32,000 nt of DNA from Nanoarchaeum equitans Kin4-M (lineage in GTDB: Archaea > Nanobdellota > Nanobdellia > Nanobdellales > Nanoarchaeaceae). The stretch spans positions 210,001 to 242,000 of the forward strand of contig AE017199.1 in NCBI GenBank assembly GCA_000008085.1. Direction: 5' to 3'. Shown piece after piece: positions 10,568 to 19,047 of this stretch (its first letter is position 1; each line of letters opens with the position of its first letter). Below the pieces are notes generated by a model. The model worked only from the letters and a program-made list of their open reading frames with translations, ran no database searches and was not told the DNA's origin. A program made the translations under genes and the position numbers.

Positions 10568-11221
10568 TTATTTTTCCTCTATTTCAAGAAGCTTCTTTAA
10601 TACATCAAACATCTTCTTCTTTATATCAGGTTGTTGCTGTTGTTGTTGACTTGTATCGGGAACAGGCCTTGTAGCTAAGTATAACAAACCGACCATTATT
10701 CCAATTGGTAATATTACTGCTAAGAAAGCCAATATATTTTCGTCAATTTTAAATTCGGTCGGTCCTTTCTGCATTGTTGGGAAATTAATCCATGCGATGT
10801 ATATTAGAATTATAAAGGAAATAATTCCAATGAAAGCCGGCATTTTTATTTCTTCTTTGCGTACTATGCTACTAATTACCAAGAAAGAGAAAAACATAGC
10901 CAACAAAATATAAAAGCTTAATCCGAAAACATTTAGAAAAGACATAACCACATTAAAGCTTTCAGGACTTCTTAAATGGTATAAGATAAAGAAAGCAAAA
11001 ACGAAAGATACTAAACCAGCGTATTTTCTTGCTAATTTTTCTTTGTCTTTACCCAATAACGCTCGCATCGTAATGCTTAAAAAGAAAAATGTTACAGCAA
11101 ACACTGCCATAAAGGTAACTATAAAATGTAAAGTATGTGTTTCCTCCAAAACATTATACATATGTTTAAAATTGAGATATTTTATTATGAATTCAATTAG
11201 TTTATTCTCAGATTCGGCCAT
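10568..11221 (-). CDS. Polytopic membrane protein with C-terminal FKIDENILAFLAV module and Gln-rich tail
   Basis: 217 aa; multiple hydrophobic helices; shares a near-identical 29-aa module with the next gene; SQQQQQQPD cytosolic-like tail. Confidence 0.75.
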   Translation of the reverse strand: MAESENKLIEFIIKYLNFKHMYNVLEETHTLHFIVTFMAVFAVTFFFLSITMRALLGKDKEKLARKYAGLVSFVFAFFILYHLRSPESFNVVMSFLNVFGLSFYILLAMFFSFLVISSIVRKEEIKMPAFIGIISFIILIYIAWINFPTMQKGPTEFKIDENILAFLAVILPIGIMVGLLYLATRPVPDTSQQQQQQPDIKKKMFDVLKKLLEIEEK

Positions 11222-11224
11222 AGT

Positions 11225-11737
11225 TTATTTTGTCGCAATATATAATATACCTACCATGACACCTATTGGTAGTAAAACTGCTAGAAATGCTAATATATTT
11301 TCATCTATTTTGAATGATGTTTGTTCCCCTCCCCCAATAAAAAAGATGGCGAAAATAACTAAAGCTATAATAGTGATAAATCCTAGTTTTACCCATTCAA
11401 ATATTTCTTTCCATTTATCGTCTACATCTATTTTTTGCATAGTTTGATAAACTTTCGAAATCTCTAATATAACAATACCGAAGAACAGAACAACTAACAA
11501 ATATATAATTTTGGGTCCGATGTTGAATAACCTTAATACTAAAGATTTGCTAGAAACAAAAATAAAACCAACCGCAAAGGCTATAACTCTTTTTACTTTT
11601 TGTTCTAGACTGGGATAAGTAATATCTAAAAACATATAAGTAATTATAACCGCTAAAATGAAGGGTACAATAACATCAAAAAATCCAATCGTGTCTAACA
11701 ATTTAATAGTATCGAGTGCATCGTATTTTACTGCCAC
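11225..11737 (-). CDS. Polytopic membrane protein, partial paralogue of 10568..11221
   Basis: 170 aa; LDTIGFFDVIVPFILAVIITYMFLD N-terminus, C-terminus FKIDENILAFLAVLLPIGVMVGILYIATK. Confidence 0.75.
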   Translation of the reverse strand: MAVKYDALDTIKLLDTIGFFDVIVPFILAVIITYMFLDITYPSLEQKVKRVIAFAVGFIFVSSKSLVLRLFNIGPKIIYLLVVLFFGIVILEISKVYQTMQKIDVDDKWKEIFEWVKLGFITIIALVIFAIFFIGGGEQTSFKIDENILAFLAVLLPIGVMVGILYIATK

Positions 11738-11767
11738 ATCTAGTTTAATTGAAAATATTTAAAAATT

Positions 11768-11776
11768 TTTAAATAT
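11768..11776 (+). promoter_or_regulatory. TATA-like box TTTAAATAT of the tRNA-His 5' half
   Basis: Starts exactly 26 nt before the first tRNA nucleotide (11794); identical 9-mer at the identical distance before the tRNA-Ile gene. Confidence 0.6.
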
Positions 11777-11793
11777 CATTATATATAATCTCT

Positions 11794-11830
11794 GGCCCCC
11801 GTAGCTTAGTGGCAGAGCGCCGGGCTGTGG
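11794..11830 (+). tRNA. 5' half of split tRNA-His (anticodon GUG), ending at position 37
   Basis: GGCCCCCG TA GCTTAGTGGCAGAGC G CCGGG CTGTGG: G-1 plus 7-nt acceptor strand, complete D-arm, 5' anticodon stem CCGGG, loop CT-GTG-G, then an unrelated sequence with no 3' anticodon stem or T-arm. Confidence 0.85.
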
Positions 11831-11849
11831 CCCCCGATGGGGCTTTTTT
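11831..11849 (+). terminator. GC-rich trailer of the tRNA half (CCCCCGATGGGGC) followed by a T6 run
   Basis: Starts immediately after tRNA position 37; resembles the 3' pairing extensions of split tRNA 5' halves; TTTTTT at 11844-11849 is a plausible termination signal. CCCC-GAT-GGGG could also self-fold. Confidence 0.6.
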
Positions 11850-11872
11850 AAATATGGCAAAACCTAAATTAT

Positions 11873-14128
11873 ATGCCGTATAATCCTAAAGAAATAGAAC
11901 AATGGTATAAAGAGAATTACAAATATTTTTTTGGAGAGGGGGACAAAATATTAATTATTGATACTCCCCCACCTTACCCAGCACCATTATGGCATATAGG
12001 AGCGGCTTTAAGTTATGCTTTACAAGATTTTATTGCGAGGGGTTTTAGAAAATTGGGTTATAAAGTAATATTTCCTGAAGGCTTTGATGGGAATGGTATA
12101 CCAATAGAGATGTATTTAGAAAAATACGAAAAAATACCCTTCGGCTCTATAGATAGAGAAGAATATATAAAAAAATGTAGACAAATTCTAGATAGTTGGA
12201 GAGAAAAAATGGACAAAATCCTAAAAGATCTATTATTATCTATGGATTTTGAGCATAGATACAATACAGACGATCCTGAATATAGGGCTCTAACTCAAAA
12301 AACTTTCGCAGAGTTATGGGAGAAAGGTTTAATATATGAAGCGGAATATCCGATAAACTATTGTCCCCATTGTAAAACAGCAATTGCCGATGCAGAGATA
12401 GAAAGAAAAATCAAAAAAACTAAGCTAGTTTATATTAAATTTAAAATAAAAGATAGCGATGATTATATTACTGTAGCAACTACGAGACCCGAATTGCTAG
12501 GAGCATGTAAAGCTATTATTGTACATCCCGATGATGAAAGATACAAAAAATACCATAACAAAATAGCAATTGTTCCTTATTACAATAGAGAGATCCCGAT
12601 TATACCTCATAAAATGGCAGATCCAAATTTTGGAACTGGCGCAGTAATGATTTGTTCCTATGGAGATTGGGTTGATGTCCAAATATTTAGGGAATTGCAA
12701 CTAAAACCAGAAAAAATAATAGACGAAAATGGTAGGCTAACCATAGAGCCTGTTAAGGGGCTTACTACTAAAGAAGGCAGAGAAAAAATGATTGAAGTAT
12801 TAAAACAATTAGGAGTGGTGGAAAAAATAGAGGAAATAGAGCATTCTGTTCCAGTCCATGAAAGGTGTGAAACAGAAATAGAGATTATTCCAATGAAAGA
12901 GTTTTATTTAAAGCAATTGCCATTCAAAGAGGAAATAAAAAAATTATCTAAAGAGATAGAATTTATTCCTGAAAGGTATAGGAAAAACTTAGAGAATTGG
13001 ATAGATTCTATTACAATAGATTGGCCCATCTCTAGAAGAAGATGGTATGCAACAGAAATTCCATTATGGTATTGTCCCAAATGTGGTTATATACATGTAG
13101 CAAAGGATGGTAAATACCATCAACCTTGGAAAGAAGAAATGGTTTGCCCCAGATGTAATACAAAAATGGTCGGAGAAACAAGAGTACTAGATACTTGGAT
13201 GGATTCCTCTATTACAATCTATTATTTAATTAAAAAATATAGCAAAATACTAGGAATTGATGAAGAGGGATTATTTAACAATTACACTTTAAGACCCCAA
13301 GGCTACGAAATAATTAGGACTTGGCTATACTATACTTTATTAAGAGTATACCAACTAACTGGCAAAAAAGCGTTCGATTTTGTTGTAATCAATGGGATGG
13401 GCTTAGATAAACATGGTAGAAAAATGAGTAAAAGATATGGCAATGTCATAGAACCAGAAACATTGTTGGAAAAATATGGAGCAGATACATTAAGATATTG
13501 GTTTGCAATGGAAATCTCTATTGGAGAAGACTATAGAATTAATGAACAAAAGATAGCTGGAATAATGAAGTTTATGAATAAGGTATGGAACATAGCTAAT
13601 TACATATCGCAATACCAATATAGAGAAACCCAAAACTTAAAGCCTACAGATGAATGGATAATAAACTATGTAAAATATTTGGAAAACAAAGCTATAGAAT
13701 ATATAAGAAATTTCGAGTTTAATAAATTGGCAAGAGAGTTGTATAGATTTGTATGGGATGTATTTGCCAACCATTATATAGAGCTAACCAAGAAAAGGGC
13801 CAAAAATAATGACGATAGCGCTATATATGCGTTGTATTTTGTTTTCGAGAGAGTATTAAATATGCTATCTATATTTTCTCCAGGAATAGCTAAATATTTA
13901 GCTAAAAAACTATATAATAAAGATATAGAAAAGGAAAAACTAAAATACTGGGGCAAAGTTAGATTAGATCTATTATACAAAGGAGAAAAATTAATAGAGT
14001 TTAACAATTATGTATGGAAACTAAAGACTTCCCAAGGGAAAAAACTAAAAGACCCAATATCTATAGAAATACCCAAAGAATTAGAGATTTTCAAAGAGGA
14101 TTTGATATTATTGCACAACATACAGTAG
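11873..14128 (+). CDS. valS: Valyl-tRNA synthetase
   Basis: 751 aa; DTPPPYPAPLWHIGAALSY, FPEGFDGNGIPIE, TTRPELLGACKAIIVHPDDERY, FGTGAVMICSYGD, DSITIDWPISRRRWYATEIPLWYC, KMSKRYGN. Confidence 0.93.
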   Translation: MPYNPKEIEQWYKENYKYFFGEGDKILIIDTPPPYPAPLWHIGAALSYALQDFIARGFRKLGYKVIFPEGFDGNGIPIEMYLEKYEKIPFGSIDREEYIKKCRQILDSWREKMDKILKDLLLSMDFEHRYNTDDPEYRALTQKTFAELWEKGLIYEAEYPINYCPHCKTAIADAEIERKIKKTKLVYIKFKIKDSDDYITVATTRPELLGACKAIIVHPDDERYKKYHNKIAIVPYYNREIPIIPHKMADPNFGTGAVMICSYGDWVDVQIFRELQLKPEKIIDENGRLTIEPVKGLTTKEGREKMIEVLKQLGVVEKIEEIEHSVPVHERCETEIEIIPMKEFYLKQLPFKEEIKKLSKEIEFIPERYRKNLENWIDSITIDWPISRRRWYATEIPLWYCPKCGYIHVAKDGKYHQPWKEEMVCPRCNTKMVGETRVLDTWMDSSITIYYLIKKYSKILGIDEEGLFNNYTLRPQGYEIIRTWLYYTLLRVYQLTGKKAFDFVVINGMGLDKHGRKMSKRYGNVIEPETLLEKYGADTLRYWFAMEISIGEDYRINEQKIAGIMKFMNKVWNIANYISQYQYRETQNLKPTDEWIINYVKYLENKAIEYIRNFEFNKLARELYRFVWDVFANHYIELTKKRAKNNDDSAIYALYFVFERVLNMLSIFSPGIAKYLAKKLYNKDIEKEKLKYWGKVRLDLLYKGEKLIEFNNYVWKLKTSQGKKLKDPISIEIPKELEIFKEDLILLHNIQ

Positions 14129-14154
14129 TAACGGTAATTTTTTATCAAAAAATT

Positions 14155-15156
14155 ATGAGATTAATAATGATATTGCTTTTATTATTACCATTAGCTTTGT
14201 CCGCAGTAGTTTATACTAATACCCTTAACACTCCTTACGGGAGTTTAAACTATACTATAGTCAATGGTAGCACAATAGATTTGGATGGTCAATTCGCTGT
14301 GGTAGAAACTATTAATGAACCAACTGGTTTATGGTTTAGACTAAATTGCTCTAATGGCGATACAAATTGTGAAACCGAAGTACAAAAGAAATATAGGCTT
14401 TTACTAAAATTAGATAACAACCCATATAATTTTAGCTTAAACCAAAGCTGTTTAACTCCAATAGTCTTTATAGAGAATACAACATCATATAATAGTAAAG
14501 TTTTTATTACTAAACCAGAGCAAGGAATATATTATGCTATATGCCCCAAAAGATATTTAGATAGAGTTGTTGCCACAAAGAGTTGTGGGTACTATATGCC
14601 ATTATTTACTTTTTGGGACATAACTAATAGCACTCGCATATCATTAGAAAGTGTAATAAACAATAGCTATGAAGAATATCCATTCGTTTTTTGCGTATAC
14701 CCAGCAAAAGACCAACTAATATTTATTCCCACAACAGAAGTAGTTCTTACAACTTTATATCCTTTTGCCGATATAAATATAATACTAAAAAATTTCGATT
14801 CCAAACCCGTAAATGTTACCCTTACATATAATACAGACCAAAACGCTCTAAACGCCTCTTATTTTATATACAACAATACCGCATCTAATATAGTTAATCT
14901 AACTTTACCTGCCGCAGAGGAAGAACCTGGAAAAGTATCCATTATATTTAGGGTATCCTCTATAGAAGCAGTAAATGGCACAATATATTTCAAACTTTAC
15001 AAAGAGAACAACACTTTAGTTGATACTAAAGTATTAAGAGTAAAAGTAATTACTACAGAGGGCAAATACCAAAAAGCTGGTGCAGAAATTAATTTAGGGT
15101 TATTTTTATTTATTATTTACTTGATATCCAGAGCGCTAAGACCAAAAATATTATAA
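14155..15156 (+). CDS. Secreted/surface protein with signal peptide and C-terminal hydrophobic anchor
   Basis: The listed ORF opens at 14014 inside valS; the likely start is ATG at 14155 (MRLIMILLLLLPLALSAVVYTN...). Many N-x-S/T sites and Cys pairs; C-terminus GLFLFIIYLISRALRPKIL. Confidence 0.72.
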   Translation: MRLIMILLLLLPLALSAVVYTNTLNTPYGSLNYTIVNGSTIDLDGQFAVVETINEPTGLWFRLNCSNGDTNCETEVQKKYRLLLKLDNNPYNFSLNQSCLTPIVFIENTTSYNSKVFITKPEQGIYYAICPKRYLDRVVATKSCGYYMPLFTFWDITNSTRISLESVINNSYEEYPFVFCVYPAKDQLIFIPTTEVVLTTLYPFADINIILKNFDSKPVNVTLTYNTDQNALNASYFIYNNTASNIVNLTLPAAEEEPGKVSIIFRVSSIEAVNGTIYFKLYKENNTLVDTKVLRVKVITTEGKYQKAGAEINLGLFLFIIYLISRALRPKIL

Positions 15157-15577
15157 GAACAATAGTAATTGGTATCCCCAGAATAGGAGATAAAAACATA
15201 TACATTATTGCCGATACAATAAAATAGCCAAATAATTTTGGTTTGTTCTTTGGTTCTTCTATTTTTTCCAAATCTTTTTGTGTTAATTTTTCTAAACCTT
15301 TTGGGGTTTGTATTAATGGGGCTTTAAACAAATAGAAACCAATTATTAGGAATACTATATAAAGCAAATTCTTAGCCAAAAAATGCACATCTATATAATA
15401 TAAAGACAATGCTGCAAACATAAAAGAAAACAAAATATTATCTCTTTTTGTTAACAAATTTAAAGTAGAAAGAGCATAATAATAAATCAAAAATAGCAAA
15501 GTAAAAGAATAAATAAAATCATAGTAACCAGTATGCTCTAAGACATTGCGTATTTCTATTAACTCGCTATATGCCAT
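15113..15577 (-). CDS. Small polytopic membrane protein
   Basis: 154 aa; LEHTGYYDFIYSFTLLFLIYYYALSTLN N-terminus resembles that of 11225..11737; 44-bp convergent overlap with the upstream gene. Confidence 0.68.
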   Translation of the reverse strand: MAYSELIEIRNVLEHTGYYDFIYSFTLLFLIYYYALSTLNLLTKRDNILFSFMFAALSLYYIDVHFLAKNLLYIVFLIIGFYLFKAPLIQTPKGLEKLTQKDLEKIEEPKNKPKLFGYFIVSAIMYMFLSPILGIPITIVLIIFLVLALWISSK

Positions 15578-15597
15578 AATTCCCTATAGAAAAAACT

Positions 15598-15606
15598 TTT
15601 AAATAT
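15598..15606 (+). promoter_or_regulatory. TATA-like box TTTAAATAT of the tRNA-Ile gene
   Basis: Starts exactly 26 nt before the tRNA first nucleotide at 15624. Confidence 0.6.
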
Positions 15607-15623
15607 TAACTTAATCTGTCACT

Positions 15624-15716
15624 GGGCCCGTGGCTCAGCCTGGGAGAGCGCCGGCCTTATATGGCGGCCTCTCCTAAGAAAGCCGGAGGTCCCGGGTTCG
15701 AATCCCGGCGGGCCCA
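15624..15716 (+). tRNA. tRNA-Ile (anticodon UAU) with a 19-nt intron (15662..15680) at position 37/38
   Basis: Acceptor GGGCCCG/CGGGCCC + A73, D-arm GCTCAGCCTGGGAGAGC, anticodon stem CCGGC/GCCGG, spliced loop CT-TAT-AA, T-arm CCGGG-TTCGAAT-CCCGG. CTTA (15656-59) pairs with TAAG (15675-78), giving the central 4-bp helix with 3-nt bulges TA^T and AA^A. Confidence 0.9.
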
Positions 15717-15744
15717 CTTTTAAATCTCTAAAACCCAAACAAAA

Positions 15745-18105
15745 GTGGTTATAGTTAAAAAAGTAATACTAAACAATGTAAAAACCCACTCTAAAAGGGA
15801 ATTCGATTTTGAAAAAGGCATAAACCTAATACTAGGCCCAAATGGATCGGGTAAAACCACATTAGTCGAATCTATATTTTTAGCTCTATTTGGAGGAGAT
15901 TTCGCGAGAGTTATAGACTATTTTAAAAAAGGAGAAAAAACTATGGCTATAACTTTAATATTAGAGGACAAAGGCAAAACCTATAGAATAAGAAGGAAAT
16001 GGGTATTAGAGAATAATGCTAAATTAGTAGAAAGCTCGCTAGAATTAATTGATACTATTCCTAAAAAATTGGCTAGTGATCATAATAAATTGTTACAACA
16101 AATAAAACATTTATTTGGCTTAGATAAGAAAATAATCCCATTAATATATTATAAGCAAAATGAAATAACTAAAATAATTGAAATGGATCCGAGAAAGAGA
16201 AAAGAGTGGTTTGATGAAATTCTAGGAATAAAGGATTTGGAAGAATTCTCAGAAAAACTAAAAATGGCAATAAAATTAATAAAAACCGGGAAAATTTCAA
16301 GAATAGAAGATAGGATAAAACTATTAAAAGCAGAATTAAATAAAAAATCCTTATTAGAGAACAAGCTTAAAAACTATAAAGAAAAACTGGTTTTGCTAAG
16401 CAACGAATTAGAGAATTTAGAAAAAGAATATAAAATATTGGAAAACCAGTATAAGGAATATTTAGAATTGAAAGCTAAACTAAAATCTATTGAAGGGCAA
16501 ATAAATAACATAAATGTTAAAGAAATAGAAAGTAAAATCAATAATATTAGAGAAGAATTAAACAATATAGAAGAGCTAACCGATTATGAAAAAGACATAC
16601 TTTCAAAAAAGCATGAAATAATTAGATGTAACGAGATAAAAAATAGACTAAAAGAGTTGGAAAAAGAAATAAAAGATTACGATAAAATAAAAAAGGAATT
16701 TTTAGAGATAGAGTCTAAATACAAACAATACGAAGAGAAAAGACTAGAATATGAAAAAGCTAAGATGTTAGAAAAGGAAAAGGAAAAAGCTAAAAGAGAA
16801 TATTCTTATTTACTAAAAGAGAAGGAAAGTCTGGAAAAAGAGATTGCTGAATTACAAAACAAAATAAACCAAATAAAGGAATTAGAAAAGATGGAACAAG
16901 AACTATTGGAAATACAAGAAAGGATTGGTGTTATTAAGGCTAAACTAAAATTATTAGAAAATATAAAAGATAGGTGCCCATTGTGTGGGGCTAAACTTTC
17001 TAGTGATACTATTGAACATTTGCAAAAAGAAAGAGAAAAATTACAAAAGGAATACTATTATTTAAAAGAAAAGTACAACCAATTGTTAATAAAAATTAGA
17101 GCTTTAGAAAAATACAAAGGATTGGAAAAAGTATTAGAAGCAAAAACCAAACATTTAGAAACTATAGAAAATAGGCTAAAAGAGATAAAACCTATTATAG
17201 AATTGGAAATCCCAAAAATTGAATTAGACGAATCCATCCCTTACAAATATAAACAGTTATTAAATAAAGTTTCTTATTTAGAAGCAAAAATAAAGGAATA
17301 TGAGAGATATAAAAATATAGAATGCCCTTACGATATAGCTATCGAAGAGCTAAAAAGGATAGAAGACAAATACAATAAATACATAAAAAAGCCTGCCTTA
17401 GAGAGAGAACTAAACCTTTTGTTAAAAGAATTAGAGAGATACAATAGTTTGCTAAAAGAGAAAGAAGAGATTTTAAGTAAATTAAACCCAGAAATAGAAA
17501 CGAAATATAAAGAATTAACTAAAAAGAAAGAAAACCTTCTATCAGAGATTTCCAAAGTTAAAGGCATAATTAAAGAGATCGAATCCCAAATAAAAGAGAT
17601 CGAAAAGCATGAAAGTACTATTAAACAATTAGAAGAGAAGAAGAGAAAATGGGAAAAACTAGTTGAAAAACTAAATAGAATAGTGAAAGCTTTAGGCAGA
17701 GACGGTATTCCTAAAGCTCTAAGAGAAGGAGCCATAAACTATATAAATGATATGGCCAATATTTATCTTAGAGAGTTTACCGACAAATATAAACTGAAAG
17801 TGAATAACGATTTATCAATATATGCTATCCCTATAGATAATCCCCATTATGAGATAGAGGCTAAAAACCTTAGTGGGGGAGAAAAGGTTGTGTTTTCTTT
17901 ATCTATCGCTTTAGCTATAATTAGTTGGCTATCCCTTCAAAACATGTTTATGGTTTTAGACGAGCCAACTGCAAATTTAGACAATGAAAGAACATTGGCA
18001 TTAAGAAAAACCTTTGATAAACTAGAAAAAATGGTTGAACAAGCTATAATAGTTACACACAACGAATTATTAGATACTGGGGAAAACCATGTTGTTAGAT
18101 TATAA
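15745..18105 (+). CDS. rad50: DNA double-strand break repair ATPase Rad50
   Basis: Walker A GPNGSGKTT, long coiled coil, zinc hook CPLCGAKL, signature LSGGEKVVFSLSIALA, Walker B MFMVLDEPTANLD. GTG start at 15745. Confidence 0.94.
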   Translation: MVIVKKVILNNVKTHSKREFDFEKGINLILGPNGSGKTTLVESIFLALFGGDFARVIDYFKKGEKTMAITLILEDKGKTYRIRRKWVLENNAKLVESSLELIDTIPKKLASDHNKLLQQIKHLFGLDKKIIPLIYYKQNEITKIIEMDPRKRKEWFDEILGIKDLEEFSEKLKMAIKLIKTGKISRIEDRIKLLKAELNKKSLLENKLKNYKEKLVLLSNELENLEKEYKILENQYKEYLELKAKLKSIEGQINNINVKEIESKINNIREELNNIEELTDYEKDILSKKHEIIRCNEIKNRLKELEKEIKDYDKIKKEFLEIESKYKQYEEKRLEYEKAKMLEKEKEKAKREYSYLLKEKESLEKEIAELQNKINQIKELEKMEQELLEIQERIGVIKAKLKLLENIKDRCPLCGAKLSSDTIEHLQKEREKLQKEYYYLKEKYNQLLIKIRALEKYKGLEKVLEAKTKHLETIENRLKEIKPIIELEIPKIELDESIPYKYKQLLNKVSYLEAKIKEYERYKNIECPYDIAIEELKRIEDKYNKYIKKPALERELNLLLKELERYNSLLKEKEEILSKLNPEIETKYKELTKKKENLLSEISKVKGIIKEIESQIKEIEKHESTIKQLEEKKRKWEKLVEKLNRIVKALGRDGIPKALREGAINYINDMANIYLREFTDKYKLKVNNDLSIYAIPIDNPHYEIEAKNLSGGEKVVFSLSIALAIISWLSLQNMFMVLDEPTANLDNERTLALRKTFDKLEKMVEQAIIVTHNELLDTGENHVVRL

Positions 18106-18646
18106 AGATGTTATAAACGAAGCAAGAGTATACTTTTTTTATAGTACTCTCATTTCCTAAAATATATATACATTTGTTTTCCCTCTTTAATGTGGGAGAA
18201 CCCTTATCTATAATTATATGAATAGTTTTGTTACAATCTATTTTTTCTGTTGGAAATTTCTCGCATTTTTCTAGGCAATAGAATTTTAGATTTTCTAATG
18301 GTATATCATTATAAGCTAAAACTTGCGCCATCTTTATAGCTAAATCGCTTGCCACAATAGTAAAAGCCCCTTTTAGATTAGGGTTAAAATTTATGTGTAT
18401 CTCCCCCTTGAAAAAGTTTCTATCAATATTTATGTTGGGACAATCCAATTCGGTTAATGGGTAATAGATAGAAAAATAGTATTTATTATTGTAATAAACA
18501 TCGTATCCCCCTTTAGAGGGGCAAAACTTATACTCTTTATAATGTATGCAATTATCTTTAGATAAAAATACTAAAACTATACCTAATAGAATTAAACTAA
18601 ATAGCCAAACCTTCTTTCTTAAGTTCTTCATATTTAGAGTCATCAA
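18095..18646 (-). CDS. Hypothetical secreted/membrane-anchored protein with Cys-rich domain
   Basis: 183 aa; N-terminal helix VWLFSLILLGIVLVFLS; multiple Cys. The start may be the downstream Met (MKNLRKK). Confidence 0.6.
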   Translation of the reverse strand: MMTLNMKNLRKKVWLFSLILLGIVLVFLSKDNCIHYKEYKFCPSKGGYDVYYNNKYYFSIYYPLTELDCPNINIDRNFFKGEIHINFNPNLKGAFTIVASDLAIKMAQVLAYNDIPLENLKFYCLEKCEKFPTEKIDCNKTIHIIIDKGSPTLKRENKCIYILGNESTIKKVYSCFVYNIFII

Positions 18647-19019
18647 TTTTTAAGGCTTCCCTTCTTTTTTTATCAGATAAATCTAATTTTATTATTGTTA
18701 ACTTAGAGGGATGGAAAGGGTATTGCCTATCAGTATCTAAGCTTAAATAAACCCTATAATATTTAGGATCTATATCGATTACTTGGCCTTCCTTTCCTCT
18801 AAAGTTACCTCTTTCTACTCTAACAACATCTCCAACTTTAATAGGAACATTTCTTATTCCGAGCTTTTCCCTTAATTCTTTAGACAATGGAGAACGCATC
18901 ATCTTTCTTCTTCTATGCAATGGGGCATTAATTATGTATTTCCTTTGCTTTCTGGGTTGTTTAGACCTAACCCAGCTAGGAGACCAATCAGAAGGATTAT
19001 AATTTCTTATTTTAAGCAT
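18597..19019 (-). CDS. rpl24: 50S ribosomal protein L24 (uL24)
   Basis: SKQPRKQRKYIINAPLHRRRKMMRSPLSKELREKLGIRNVPIKVGDVVRVERGNFRGKEGQVIDID...YPFHPSKLTIIKLDLSDKKR. Confidence 0.93.
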   Translation of the reverse strand: MLKIRNYNPSDWSPSWVRSKQPRKQRKYIINAPLHRRRKMMRSPLSKELREKLGIRNVPIKVGDVVRVERGNFRGKEGQVIDIDPKYYRVYLSLDTDRQYPFHPSKLTIIKLDLSDKKRREALKIDDSKYEELKKEGLAI

Positions 19020-19047
19020 TGGGCGTTAAAAATATATAGTTTAAAAA

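Noticed and set aside
10639-10657. CAA/CAG-type repeat coding QQQQQQ
   Set aside because: Short low-complexity tail of a membrane protein; not a long enough tract to call a microsatellite of interest.
14014-14154. N-terminal extension METKDFPREKTKRPN... of the 14014..15156 ORF
   Set aside because: It overlaps valS out of frame and precedes a clear signal peptide starting at ATG 14155.
15656-15681. tRNA-Leu(UAA), tRNA-Ser or tRNA-Tyr as alternative identity for the intron-containing tRNA
   Set aside because: A 5-nt variable loop excludes the class II tRNAs (Leu, Ser), and no splice register that keeps U33 and the 7-nt loop gives a GUA anticodon. Only the 37/38 site also places the cuts symmetrically in 3-nt bulges flanking CTTA/TAAG.
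16149-17735. Minus-strand ORFs inside rad50 rich in Phe/Leu/Ser
   Set aside because: Composition is the expected shadow of Lys/Glu-rich coiled-coil coding sequence.
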